NCBI GenBank assembly: GCA_002839855.1 | Contig: PGYV01000001.1 | Span: 229,256-293,255 of the forward strand | DNA from: Candidatus Goldiibacteriota bacterium HGW-Goldbacteria-1 | GTDB taxonomy: Bacteria; Oederibacteriota; PGYV01 | Length of the DNA stretch: 64,000 nt | Reading direction: 5' to 3' | Part shown: positions 1 through 9,861 of the stretch, piece by piece | Numbering within the stretch: position 1 is the stretch's first letter | Layout: every line of letters begins with the position of its first letter | Notes under the pieces: generated by a model | What the model was told of the DNA's origin: nothing | Databases searched by the model: none | Seen by the model: only the letters and a program-made list of their open reading frames with translations | Made by a program: the position numbers and the translations under genes

Positions 1-339
1 ATTTGCCTTGTACTCCGGCGGAGGAGACCATTCAGCAGCCCAGCAAAGCAGGTTTGAATAGGCAGCCTTAGCCGCTACAAGATTGTTTACTTCAGCGGTG
101 TGATTTCCGTTTGGGTCTATCCTGGCCCTTAACGATGAAATCCCGATATGCCCGTTTACATTGTCATCGGCAAAAAGGGTTGTTGCATTCCCTCCTGCCA
201 AACCATACCATGCGCTTGATACGCCAATGGCACGGATGTACTGATACGTGGTGCCTGCATCAACGGTACATGTACCCGCATGCAGAACCGGAACAAACAA
301 CATCAAAAGCACAACCAACAACATACTGACTTTTTTCAT
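1..339 (-). CDS. Secreted glycoside hydrolase, GH30-like (xylanase type); N-terminal part only, runs off the window edge
   Basis: Not in the ORF track. My translation from ATG 339: MKKVSMLLVVLLMLFVPVLHAGTCTVDAGTTYQYIRAIGVSSAWYG...SLRARIDPNG...WAAEWSPPPEYKAN. It has a signal peptide plus GH30-like Q.IR..G.SSAW and W...WSPP motifs and is open to base 1. Confidence 0.7.
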   Translation of the reverse strand, partial: MKKVSMLLVVLLMLFVPVLHAGTCTVDAGTTYQYIRAIGVSSAWYGLAGGNATTLFADDNVNGHIGISSLRARIDPNGNHTAEVNNLVAAKAAYSNLLCWAAEWSPPPEYKAN

Positions 340-398
340 TTTCCGCTCCCCTTTACTTTTATTTTTGTTTCATCTCAATTATTTTTAGTCTCACTTTT

Positions 399-514
399 AT
401 ATGAACGTTCATATTTATTCCCTTAAAAAAACCTATTTGTATCTCCCTGTTATTTGCTGTATATGAACGTTCATACTTTAATACAAATTTACACCCATAA
501 ACCATGTTTGTCAA
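399..514 (-). promoter_or_regulatory. Sigma70-type promoter of the GH30 gene with two palindromic operators
   Basis: ATATGAACGTTCATAT at 399-414 (perfect 16-bp palindrome) and TATGAACGTTCATA at 462-475. On the minus strand, TTGACA (509-514) is followed by 17 nt and then TAAATT. Confidence 0.6.
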
Positions 515-639
515 GAATTATTTTAAAAAAATTTGCTTTTCCCCAAAAACACCCGGAATATGGCTGTTTTACACTACAGAATTAAGTTTATTTTTTATCA
601 ATTTACTTATGGAGGGTTGGTGATTCAGATAAAACTTAA

Positions 640-888
640 TTACCGCTGTTTTGATTTGCACCCCAGCTTCTTTGCGAATTCATCAAAATCAGTGGCGGTC
701 TTTTTGCCATATTTAACATATTCCTCATGCATCATCAAATCCTCTTTGCGTGTCTCACGCTCAATCTCATTCTAAATGGCATTACCCAGGAAAGCCCAGA
801 TTTCTATTCCCTTCTTTTCACAAAAATCCCGCATTAAATTCCTTTTAGTCTCCTCAATTTTAACTGTACACGAAACTAACTTAGCCAT
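640..888 (-). pseudogene. RHH-type antitoxin-like pseudogene (paralog of 32267-32533) with an internal TAG
   Basis: ATG 888 after a GGGGTGG RBS gives MAKLVSCTVKIEETKRNLMRDFCEKKGIEIWAFLGNAI*NEIERETRKEDLMMHEEYVKYGKKTATDFDEFAKKLGCKSKQR. TAG at 772-774, final TAA at 640-642. Colinear with the 32267-32533 protein. Confidence 0.65.
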
Positions 889-1001
889 CAAAACCACCCC
901 CTATTTATTATCATCATCGGCATTATTAAACCATAAACACCCATACTTGGACAACCCGCTACAGTTATGTTATTTAATAATGTTTCAGAATGCGGTTAAA
1001 A

Positions 1002-4000
1002 CTATATGTGAGCAGCTTTTTTCCTCACATTTTTTATGGACTCATAAGTAATTATCTTATCAAATTGCTTATAATCACGATTTGATCTTATTCTTTCATT
1101 ATTCTCATTATACTCTACGCACTTGCGTTCACCTTGAATTATCCAAATAAATTCCATTTTAGAACTCTTAAGATATGCATCCAATTTGTCTTTTCGAATG
1201 AAAAGAAAGTCCTCTTGATTATTGAAATCTTTCTCTTTTTTTAAAGGAAATATAACAACATCACCATTGCTATTATAAAAGCTATAATCTACTGGATTTA
1301 TATATAACTTCAATTTTTTTGCCAATTGTTTATCGGGAACATATGGATGTGTTCCCTGATTTAAAATGCTATGATAATATTCCCATTCAAAGTTTTTATA
1401 TGCATATCTAAATGGTATACTTCGAATATCTTTTTCAATCTTCACTTCATAATATTTACCTTTAATCTTCTTCAATCTGGATTCCATCGCAAACATATCT
1501 GCGATTGTCATGTTATTTTCTTTTAAAAAGTTTGATAGTTCTTCATTTTCAACATTAGCATCTTTTGAAGGTGGTATTCTTTCAATTAACATTCTTCTTT
1601 CCTTTAAAATGAGTTCCAGGTAGTCAGTATTCGTTTTTCTATAATATTTGTGCCATGGTATTTCACCAGCATAAGTATATGTGTCACTTGGCACATCACC
1701 TCCGCCTAATTCAAATTGCATTTTACTATTTCCGAATTCCTTTAAATCTTTTGCTGTTTCCTTACTTATGAATGCCCCTTTAGTATAAATGTGAATATAT
1801 CTTTTATCTTTTTTAGACTCTTGTACTATTAAACCACCTAACAGTACCCATTCATGACCAAAATTTTTAATACTATTAGGAACTAATAAATCATTAAGTT
1901 TTGGCACAGATTTCTGATTCAACCATTTTTCTATTGATGAAATGTTATCTCCCAAATAGGACCACTTCATGAAATCCGGTTCCCTTGGAAACTCAGGAAA
2001 ACTCGGATCAACTCCACAATCAGACAAGCGTTCAGGCCCATAATCATCTTTTATAACACCCATATCTTTTCGATAACCATATAATTCAAAAAATGATATC
2101 CAAGCATACTTTTTGCCATATCTTTCAATCTTTACATTCTCATCAGTTCGCCAACTATCAGTAGCAATCTCTTGATCAACCTTTGAAAATTTCTCAAGCG
2201 AATAACCAAGGTTATATATACGCCACCAAATATTTTGCAAAATTAATTTATAATCATTATTACTATTATCATAATTCCTTCTGGTTGGCGATAAACGTCC
2301 TAATGTATAGTTTTTAAAATCCATGCCCAACGGACAATCCCCACCTCTATATTTATTTTCATCTCTATCTTTTGCTTTCCCCCATTTTCTGCAACTTCCA
2401 CCTTTAAAAGGTTTTATCAACCTTGAATATACTATTTGTTTGTTTTTCCCGCATACTTTTGACGTTAATTCAATAATACCTAATGCAGAATCTCTTAAGA
2501 GAATATTTGTAGTAGCAAATTCAGAACTCTTACAAAACATTTGTCTATAAATTTTAGGAATCAATTTATTAACTTTAAATATTTTCTTTCTTCCCTTTTT
2601 ACTATGTACTAATCTCATTAAAGTTCCATAACTCGCAGAAAACATTCTTTCAACAATATATGGATCATTAATATTTAGACTATTGATTGTTTTCTTCAAC
2701 AAAGCTTCGGGATTTCTTATGCCTAAATATACAAGCGATCTTGTAGCCTTATCTCTTAACGATCTATTTGTTGATGATAAAACCCACGTAAGCACATCAA
2801 TATATAGTGATAGGTATCTTTTAGAGACTTTATTATGATTAATTTCTATCCAGGTAATAAGTTTTTGAATTGCTGAAGACTCATATTCATTTCTAAGGTA
2901 TTCTGTCCAAAATAAATCTCTATCAATTAAATCCATTGAAAAAAGCCATTTATATAACTTTTCATTAAAGCGATGGTTCTTAACGGCCAAAGTTATAATA
3001 GAATCCAATGCTTTAAACCGTAATTGTTGATTTTTTAAAAATAAGTTCAAATATTTACTAGTTCTTTTTGTAATAAAGTTAATTGGTCTCCAAGCCAATC
3101 CCCTAATAAAAGATTCACAATACATATAACTTATCTTTTTCCAATCTAGCAAATCAAATATTTCATTTTTATTTTCATCCCTAATCGGAAATTCTAACAT
3201 AATTGCTTCTGCAAGATTTATATATTCGCCATAATTAGATTCACAAAATATTTTTCCTAAAAAACCTTGTTTTAGAGCATTCTTTTTTTCAGTAATGTTT
3301 TTCTCCGTTAATTCCATCTTGAGAATTGATCTTGCTATCAAATGATCAGATACTTTTTGATATGGAAATTTAATCACTTCCACCCATGAATTATCTCCTT
3401 CATAAATACAAGTTTTAATAAACATACCTTCGGAACAACATTTTTTTATAAATATATCCTTTTCTGACGTCGTCATTGGTGTTAGCATTTTTAAATCATT
3501 AAATTCAGAAGGATTTATATAGTCACGTTGTTTTGCAGACATGACATCTGCAACTTCCTTTGCAACCAGCCAGCAAAAATCCCTTTTTGACGAGAAAGCA
3601 CTTACAAAACTGCCTCCAACCCTTTCATAAAATTGTTCCAAGATAAAAGTCATACTCTTTTGTCCAGAACATATCGAATTTAATTCTTTTGATTTATGTT
3701 TCTTTTCGTGCAAGAAACTAAGTGATTCAGTAAATAATTTTAGAAATAGTGGATTACTATACTCATCTTCCAGCAAAGGCACTTCAGGGGCTGGAACTTT
3801 CTTCCATTTAAAAAAAGCCTGTTGCGCATCAAATTCAATTTTACGAAATCCAAAATGTTTGATCGGAGCAATTAGAGTGCCGTTGACTTTTGTTAATAAT
3901 AGTTTTTCATATGGTGTACGACAACTTAGAACCAGCCCTATACCCTTATACAAACTCATTTTTTGTATTAAGTTTTTTAGCTGTTTCTCCCATTCCTGAA

Positions 4001-4889
4001 TAGAACTATCATTGATTGCATCTACTATCAACAACGAACGCATTTTGTTAGTTTTTGCATAGTCACTCATCTGTTTTAAAAAAGTATCTACTGTCATATT
4101 GTATCCATTTACTTTTACAATATTTTCTAGAATATCCCCTTCAACATTTAAATTTTCAGCTAATGTTATAACTGACATTGCTCCTTGTTCTACATTTCTT
4201 AAAGCTAAGTCACACAAGGTATGTGTTTTACCTATTCCAGCCTCTCCGTAAATTAAAACAAATGGTTTATTATGTATATCTGAGCCGTATTCGGTTAAAA
4301 AAATATAAAACATTTCTGTAACTTCCATTACATCTCTTAACGACGAAATAACCCCTTCATAATTATTATTTAAATCAGATTTATCGACTTTTTGAGGAGC
4401 AATTCTTTCTTCTTTTTTTCTCATACGAGAACTCATAATAATTTTATCAAGCCTCTCTTTCCCAATCTTCAGTTCTTCTAATATATCATTTAATTCAACG
4501 TCATGAAAAAGTCCAATATTGTTTCTAATAATAATTATAGTTTGTATTATTGATTTTAGATTCTTTTGACTTAAACACAAGGCGTCTTTTTCTTGGTCTG
4601 AAAGTATCGAATTTTCGCTATCAAAAATATAAAGTTTTAACGTTTCTTTTGCTTTCTTTTCAATCACGTTTAAAGTTTCAATAAATTCTCCTTTTTGAAA
4701 CAAACTATCAAAAAGATTTTCAAATTTCGCAATATGCAAATTAGGAGACATTTTGTCTAAGGCAGGAGTATATCTTGGACCAGCTTGTTTTAATGCTGCA
4801 TTTATATTTTTCCGACAACTTTTCAAAGTAATTTTATTCAATTCTATTGCTCCAAAATTAACATATATTATTTTTAAGAAACACGGCAA
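1002..4889 (-). CDS. STAND/NACHT-like ATPase, AVAST (Avs2/Avs4)-like antiphage sensor; no recognisable N-terminal effector
   Basis: 1295 aa. Walker A GEAGIGKT, Walker B LLIVDAIND, and motifs recalled from Avs-type proteins (GPRYTP, LRDKATRSL, NDPYIVERM, ERYGKKYAWI). AT-rich (about 28% GC in a sampled line versus about 50% in the neighbouring lacI gene). True start uncertain. Confidence 0.7.
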   Translation of the reverse strand: MPCFLKIIYVNFGAIELNKITLKSCRKNINAALKQAGPRYTPALDKMSPNLHIAKFENLFDSLFQKGEFIETLNVIEKKAKETLKLYIFDSENSILSDQEKDALCLSQKNLKSIIQTIIIIRNNIGLFHDVELNDILEELKIGKERLDKIIMSSRMRKKEERIAPQKVDKSDLNNNYEGVISSLRDVMEVTEMFYIFLTEYGSDIHNKPFVLIYGEAGIGKTHTLCDLALRNVEQGAMSVITLAENLNVEGDILENIVKVNGYNMTVDTFLKQMSDYAKTNKMRSLLIVDAINDSSIQEWEKQLKNLIQKMSLYKGIGLVLSCRTPYEKLLLTKVNGTLIAPIKHFGFRKIEFDAQQAFFKWKKVPAPEVPLLEDEYSNPLFLKLFTESLSFLHEKKHKSKELNSICSGQKSMTFILEQFYERVGGSFVSAFSSKRDFCWLVAKEVADVMSAKQRDYINPSEFNDLKMLTPMTTSEKDIFIKKCCSEGMFIKTCIYEGDNSWVEVIKFPYQKVSDHLIARSILKMELTEKNITEKKNALKQGFLGKIFCESNYGEYINLAEAIMLEFPIRDENKNEIFDLLDWKKISYMYCESFIRGLAWRPINFITKRTSKYLNLFLKNQQLRFKALDSIITLAVKNHRFNEKLYKWLFSMDLIDRDLFWTEYLRNEYESSAIQKLITWIEINHNKVSKRYLSLYIDVLTWVLSSTNRSLRDKATRSLVYLGIRNPEALLKKTINSLNINDPYIVERMFSASYGTLMRLVHSKKGRKKIFKVNKLIPKIYRQMFCKSSEFATTNILLRDSALGIIELTSKVCGKNKQIVYSRLIKPFKGGSCRKWGKAKDRDENKYRGGDCPLGMDFKNYTLGRLSPTRRNYDNSNNDYKLILQNIWWRIYNLGYSLEKFSKVDQEIATDSWRTDENVKIERYGKKYAWISFFELYGYRKDMGVIKDDYGPERLSDCGVDPSFPEFPREPDFMKWSYLGDNISSIEKWLNQKSVPKLNDLLVPNSIKNFGHEWVLLGGLIVQESKKDKRYIHIYTKGAFISKETAKDLKEFGNSKMQFELGGGDVPSDTYTYAGEIPWHKYYRKTNTDYLELILKERRMLIERIPPSKDANVENEELSNFLKENNMTIADMFAMESRLKKIKGKYYEVKIEKDIRSIPFRYAYKNFEWEYYHSILNQGTHPYVPDKQLAKKLKLYINPVDYSFYNSNGDVVIFPLKKEKDFNNQEDFLFIRKDKLDAYLKSSKMEFIWIIQGERKCVEYNENNERIRSNRDYKQFDKIITYESIKNVRKKAAHI

Positions 4890-4954
4890 GATACTCTAAG
4901 TGTCTGATCAAAATATCTCACAAACTGAGTGTTTTACCATATTCACCAAATCCC

Positions 4955-5971
4955 TTACGCGGATTCTCTTTTTACAAGCTCCGGTTCAAATACAAGATTC
5001 TTGGGGGTGGTAAGTTTGCCCTGCATGGCTTCAAGGGTTATCACAAACGCCTCGTTTCCCATTCTCTCCACAGGGTGCCTTACAGTAGTCAGCGACGGCG
5101 TAAACGCTGACGCTACGGGTATGTCGTCATACCCTATAACCGCAATGTCTTCCGGTACGCGAAGCCCCGCTTCTTTTACCGCGTTTATCGCGCCAATTGC
5201 CGTGCTGTCGCCCGCGCCGCAGAATATCGCGTCAATGTCTTTATGCGACTTTAAAAGGTTCTGCGTTATCGCGCGTCCTTCATTTATATAATTGTTATTT
5301 ACCTCTGCCATAATCTCATCGCGGACTGAAATGCCGCGGCCTACAAGCGCCTTTTTATAACCTTCTTCCCTTTCTATTATAGAAGGCCATGTCTCGCCGC
5401 CTGTTTTTGCCATTCCAATGTACGCTATATTGCGCCTTCCTTTATTTATAAGGTAATCAGCCGCCGTAAAAGCGCCTTTTTCATTGTCGCATTTAACGCT
5501 ATGCGCGCCATCCATACACCCGTCTATTAAAATCAGCGGCACCCCTGCTTTTTTTAACTTTTCCATATGCCCCTGTTCCGGTTTTATGCCAAGCATAATT
5601 ATAGCGTCTGCTTTTCTGTTTAAAATTATGGAATCAATTATCTGATCTTTAAACGCGCCTTCGCCCCTTGTGGAATACGGTATCAGGTCATAGTTCGCGG
5701 ACAACCCTGCTAAGTGCACGCCGTCTTCAATTTCGCGCAGTATATTCATTCCAAACACTGAAGTAAACCGCGTGCTGATAAACGCTATTGAATCCGCCTT
5801 TGCGCCCACTAACGCCCTGGCGGTTTTGTTCGGCCTGTACTGAAGTTCTTCTATTGCCTTTAAAACCCTTTCTTTTGTAGCGGGCGCCACTTTATCCACG
5901 CCATTGACCACAAAAGATACCGTGTTGTATGAAACACCCGCGATTTTCGCGACGTCTTTTATAGTTGCCAT
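4955..5971 (-). CDS. LacI-family transcriptional regulator
   Basis: N-terminal TIKDVAKIAGVSYNTVS HTH; periplasmic-binding-like core with VPEDIAVIGYDD and PSLTTV. Confidence 0.95.
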   Translation of the reverse strand: MATIKDVAKIAGVSYNTVSFVVNGVDKVAPATKERVLKAIEELQYRPNKTARALVGAKADSIAFISTRFTSVFGMNILREIEDGVHLAGLSANYDLIPYSTRGEGAFKDQIIDSIILNRKADAIIMLGIKPEQGHMEKLKKAGVPLILIDGCMDGAHSVKCDNEKGAFTAADYLINKGRRNIAYIGMAKTGGETWPSIIEREEGYKKALVGRGISVRDEIMAEVNNNYINEGRAITQNLLKSHKDIDAIFCGAGDSTAIGAINAVKEAGLRVPEDIAVIGYDDIPVASAFTPSLTTVRHPVERMGNEAFVITLEAMQGKLTTPKNLVFEPELVKRESA

Positions 5972-6415
5972 TTATTTGTTTACCTTCCCTTTTTTATTCT
6001 GCATTATTATAAAGGTATTCTCATTATAATTTTTTCTTCTTTTGTACAAAACCCTGTCGCAAAGGGCTTTTATTGTCTTTATTCCCATTTTGCCGCCCAG
6101 CCCTCTTTTAATCCTGCGCGATGTATCCGGAATTTCATACGCCGTCATGTCAAACCGCGGCGCGGAATCCAATACCGTTATTTTTGCGGCCGGATAATTA
6201 AGCTTCATTATAATATCTATCTTCCCGGGCTTCTCCGCGTACGCGTGTTTTATCAGATTTTCGCAGTGCTCTGTTATTGACACTTTCAGCGCGGATATTT
6301 TATCCTGCGCAAAACCGTGATTCTTCATGGCATCGTTTATAAATTTCCTTATCACACCCAGGTTCTGCGCTTTTGCTTCCACTTTTAATTCGGATATTTC
6401 AGCTTTATTTGGCAT
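5972..6415 (-). CDS. Anti-sigma factor / Ser kinase (RsbW/SpoIIAB-like HATPase_c_2)
   Basis: ITEHCENLIKHAY (N-box) and GGKMGIKTIK (G-box). Start adjusted to MPNKAE at 6415; its stop abuts the lacI ATG. Confidence 0.85.
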   Translation of the reverse strand: MPNKAEISELKVEAKAQNLGVIRKFINDAMKNHGFAQDKISALKVSITEHCENLIKHAYAEKPGKIDIIMKLNYPAAKITVLDSAPRFDMTAYEIPDTSRRIKRGLGGKMGIKTIKALCDRVLYKRRKNYNENTFIIMQNKKGKVNK

Positions 6416-6752
6416 AGCTGTCCAGTGCCTCTTTAACCGTTTCATAACTTTCTATCACTCCGTCAATTCCCACAAGGCTGTACACCCTTTTCGCGTCCGG
6501 CTGCATGGCCGCAAGTTTCATTTCACTGCCTTCTGCCTGTAATTCTTTGAATTCATTTAAAAATGCGGTCCAGCCGGCCGAACTTATAAAATCAAGCTGC
6601 TTCATATCCGCCACATATTTCGCTTTCTTATGCTTAGACGATATTTCTTTAAAGCCCAGCGTAAAAGCCGCCACCGACGAAGAGTCCAGTTCGCCGTAAA
6701 CCCGCACAATTATTATTTCTCCGTCCGCGTTTTCCCTGATTTCAAATGGCAT
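6405..6752 (-). CDS. STAS-domain anti-anti-sigma factor (RsbV/SpoIIAA-like)
   Basis: GELDSSS and DMKQLDFISSAGW (phosphorylatable Ser motif); 115 aa. Confidence 0.9.
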   Translation of the reverse strand: MPFEIRENADGEIIIVRVYGELDSSSVAAFTLGFKEISSKHKKAKYVADMKQLDFISSAGWTAFLNEFKELQAEGSEMKLAAMQPDAKRVYSLVGIDGVIESYETVKEALDSYAK

Positions 6753-6765
6753 TTTATTACCTCCG

Positions 6766-8256
6766 TTAAGCTGTCCTGCCTATTAACAAAACAGCGATAT
6801 CATCGCTTTGTTCTTCTTTGCCCGTAAAAACATCAACATCATAAAGCAGTGCGTCAATTATTTCCCGGCATGCACTGCCGCCGTTTTTCTGCAGTGACGT
6901 TACCGCCCTTTCCATGCCAAACCTGCCTCCGCTTTTGGACTTAGCCTCGCTTATGCCGTCCGTGAAAAGAAGCAGTTTGTCGCCTTTTTCAATTTTTACA
7001 GTTATCTTTTCAAGGCGGGTTTCAAAATTATTGCCTTTTAAAATTCCTATAGCCGCGCCTTTGGGGCAGTATGATTCCACCGCGCCCGCGCCGCTTTTAT
7101 AAAACAGTATTTCGTGGTGGCCGGCAGACGCCATTTCAATTAAACCGCCTGCCGTATCAAGCACGGCGTAAAAAATTGTCGCAAAAATATTTCCTTCCAC
7201 CCTGCCAAGAAGCCCGTTGTTAAGGTTTATAAGGACCCGCACAGGGTCAGAATTTAACATGGCTTCGGTGTTTAATACACCCCTTAACATCGTCATGATA
7301 AGCGCGGCAGGCACACCTTTGCCCGACACATCAGCCATAACAATGCCGAACTTTTTATCAGCAAGCGGAATTACATCATAATAATCGCCGCCTATTTCTT
7401 TAGCCGGTTTGTAAAATGCCGATGCTTCATATTTTCCCATATCGGGAAATTTTTTGGGCAGCAGCGAATCCTGAAGCCTGCTTGCAATTTCAAGTTCTTT
7501 TTCCATTGCCAGTTTTTCAAGCGCGGTTTTCTGCGCGCGTTTAAGGTCATCAGTCATTTCATTGAAAGCGCCGGCAAGCAGCCCAAGTTCATTTTTGCTG
7601 TTAATCACAATCTTGTGATTTAAATCGCCGCTGCCGGCAATTTTTACTCCCTGCGCGAGGATATTTATGGGTTTTGTAATAGCCGTGCTTAAAAAGAAAG
7701 CGCCTATAATACTTAAAATCACCGCGATTACCGTCACCAGCGCTATGTTAATGTACGTCTGTTTTAAAGCGCGGCTGATAAGGTCATAAGATACTGCCAC
7801 GCGCACCACGCCTGTCCTTGCTTTATGTTTGGCAATTGCCGCGGCGGTAAATTCTATTAATCTGCCGCCGGACTCTGTTTCAAATATAGTATTTTTCGCG
7901 GCAGTTGTTTTTATCACCCGTCCGGGCTGCGAATATTTCTTTTTTACCCGCGTCATATCGTTATGCGCAAGTATCACTCCGTTTGAACCCACCACCATCG
8001 CGTAAATTACGCCCTTGTTCTGCATCGCTTCTTTTAAAACTTTCGCGGCTTCAAGCTCGTGCCTCATCATTATAAAATCCGCGATATTATTGGCAATATT
8101 GCGGGCTGTACTTATACCCCTTAATTCCACTTCGTTTATAAGGCTTTTTTTATGTATGTTAAGCAGCATAAAGCTCATTATTCCGGTTATAGTAAGGGTA
8201 AGAAAAAGTACAACCCCCATCACTTCCCACTTCATGCTGTTAAAATTTTTTTTCAT
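6766..8256 (-). CDS. Membrane HAMP-domain PP2C/SpoIIE phosphatase (RsbU-like)
   Basis: Two TM helices, HAMP (NELGLLAGAFNEM), and IGGDYYD, ADVSGKG, LFTDGISE and QSDDIA motifs. Confidence 0.9.
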   Translation of the reverse strand: MKKNFNSMKWEVMGVVLFLTLTITGIMSFMLLNIHKKSLINEVELRGISTARNIANNIADFIMMRHELEAAKVLKEAMQNKGVIYAMVVGSNGVILAHNDMTRVKKKYSQPGRVIKTTAAKNTIFETESGGRLIEFTAAAIAKHKARTGVVRVAVSYDLISRALKQTYINIALVTVIAVILSIIGAFFLSTAITKPINILAQGVKIAGSGDLNHKIVINSKNELGLLAGAFNEMTDDLKRAQKTALEKLAMEKELEIASRLQDSLLPKKFPDMGKYEASAFYKPAKEIGGDYYDVIPLADKKFGIVMADVSGKGVPAALIMTMLRGVLNTEAMLNSDPVRVLINLNNGLLGRVEGNIFATIFYAVLDTAGGLIEMASAGHHEILFYKSGAGAVESYCPKGAAIGILKGNNFETRLEKITVKIEKGDKLLLFTDGISEAKSKSGGRFGMERAVTSLQKNGGSACREIIDALLYDVDVFTGKEEQSDDIAVLLIGRTA

Positions 8257-9845
8257 TCTATCCCGCGCCTTTTAAGTTCTTCAATTTCCGCCTGTGTTTT
8301 TCTTAAATCTCTCACAGACTTGACGTCATCCGGGTTTATCGCCAGGACTTTCTTCCACATTTCAACAGCTCCCTTTAAATCGCCCTCTGTGTAGCTGTTT
8401 ACAGCCAGATAATACATTCTGTCCGCCGCCTCTTTCTGTTCGCGCGTCAGCCGAACTTTGCCGCTGCCGGATTCCATATCTTTTTTCGCTTTTGCGATTA
8501 AAGACCTAAGCGCTTTATTCCCCGGCCTGCGCTTTAAGGCCGCTTCCCACTGTTTTATTGCCTCATCATACTGTTTTTTCTCGTATAATTCAATGCCCGC
8601 GGAAATATAAGCGTCCGTATCGCCGCTGTAATCCGTGCCTTCGCCGCTTTTTATCTTTTCTTTAAGTTTTTCTTCAAGAATCTTTTTCATTTTCAGCGAC
8701 GGTTCATAATCTTTTTTCCATTCCAGCGACTTTTCCGCCTCTGTAAGGGCGTCTTCAAATTCATTTCTAAGGTAATATGCGTAAGCGCGGCGGTAATACG
8801 CTTCCGCCTCTTCTTTTAATTTTATCTTAAGCCTTTCTTCCACTATCCTGCGCACTTCAGCGTAAATGCTCCTGCGCCTGTGCGCTTTCTGATCTTCCAG
8901 TGTCATGCCAAACGCGTATGAAAGGGTGTACCTGTCCATCCTTCCAAAACTGCCGTTTGATACAAACGCGTAATCAAATTTAATGTCATATAAATACAGC
9001 CCCGCGCCAAAAGTAAATTCCCCGTCTGTATAGCCCGCCCTTGCGCCCGTAATTCCCGCCCATTTTATCTCTATGCCAACCCTGTCTTTAAAACCTTCCT
9101 TTTCACCGGCAGAAATATCATAAGCGGCCTTAAATTCAAAATCCGCGTATTTGTGTTTTGCCATAACCCCAAGGGTGTATGTGCGCCCAAGCGTTTCGGT
9201 GACCGACTGCATTGAAAAAGCAGGCGTTATAAGGTTGCGGGCGATAAGCCCGGCGCGCAGAAAAGAAAAAGGTTCGTACAGCACGCCTATATCCGCGCCG
9301 AATCCGGCGTAATTAAACCGCGCCATATTGGAGTAATAAATGTCAAAATTCGCGCCGGCAGAAAAGCCGTCGGTTATTTTGCGCGCGTATGATAAGGCCG
9401 CTTTGTACTGGCCGTTTTTAAAATCAGAAGTTTGGTTTCCGTCCGTATCATAACCTTCCATACCGTCAGCGGAAAACATAAACAGCGCCGCGCCAATGGT
9501 TCCAAAATTAAGCAGCGGCTGCCCGTAAGAAACAGACCCGTAAGACACGGCTTCATATAAGGGGTAATATAACAGCGCTATTTCCTGTTTTTTAACAAGC
9601 ACAAGCCCCGCGGGGTTGTAATGAATTGCGGACAAATCATCTGCCACAGCCGTAAAAGCGCCTGCCATGCCGTCCGGCCTGGAACCGGCGCCGGCCATGA
9701 AAACATTTTCACTGCCGTAATCGCCGGGCGCCCCCTGTAAGGGAAAAAAACAAAACAACGCAAGCACTGTCAGCGCCGTTAATTTAATTTTTAGTATGCC
9801 TGTTTTAACCGCGGTCTTTTTCACAAAAACCTCATCACCCGTCAC
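8253..9845 (-). CDS. PorV/PorQ-like outer-membrane beta-barrel fused to C-terminal TPR repeats
   Basis: Signal peptide; GAGSRPDGMAGAFTAVADDLSAIHYNPAGL N-terminal motif; alternating beta-strands; TPR-like YDEAIKQWEAAL and AVEMWKKVLAINPDD. Confidence 0.7.
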   Translation of the reverse strand: MTGDEVFVKKTAVKTGILKIKLTALTVLALFCFFPLQGAPGDYGSENVFMAGAGSRPDGMAGAFTAVADDLSAIHYNPAGLVLVKKQEIALLYYPLYEAVSYGSVSYGQPLLNFGTIGAALFMFSADGMEGYDTDGNQTSDFKNGQYKAALSYARKITDGFSAGANFDIYYSNMARFNYAGFGADIGVLYEPFSFLRAGLIARNLITPAFSMQSVTETLGRTYTLGVMAKHKYADFEFKAAYDISAGEKEGFKDRVGIEIKWAGITGARAGYTDGEFTFGAGLYLYDIKFDYAFVSNGSFGRMDRYTLSYAFGMTLEDQKAHRRRSIYAEVRRIVEERLKIKLKEEAEAYYRRAYAYYLRNEFEDALTEAEKSLEWKKDYEPSLKMKKILEEKLKEKIKSGEGTDYSGDTDAYISAGIELYEKKQYDEAIKQWEAALKRRPGNKALRSLIAKAKKDMESGSGKVRLTREQKEAADRMYYLAVNSYTEGDLKGAVEMWKKVLAINPDDVKSVRDLRKTQAEIEELKRRGIE

Positions 9846-9861
9846 AGCCTGTTTTTTATTT

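Noticed and set aside
530-639. Toxin remnant downstream of the antitoxin pseudogene
   Set aside because: Only a short open stretch (IKFYLNHQ...) with no start codon or convincing similarity to the 32004 protein.
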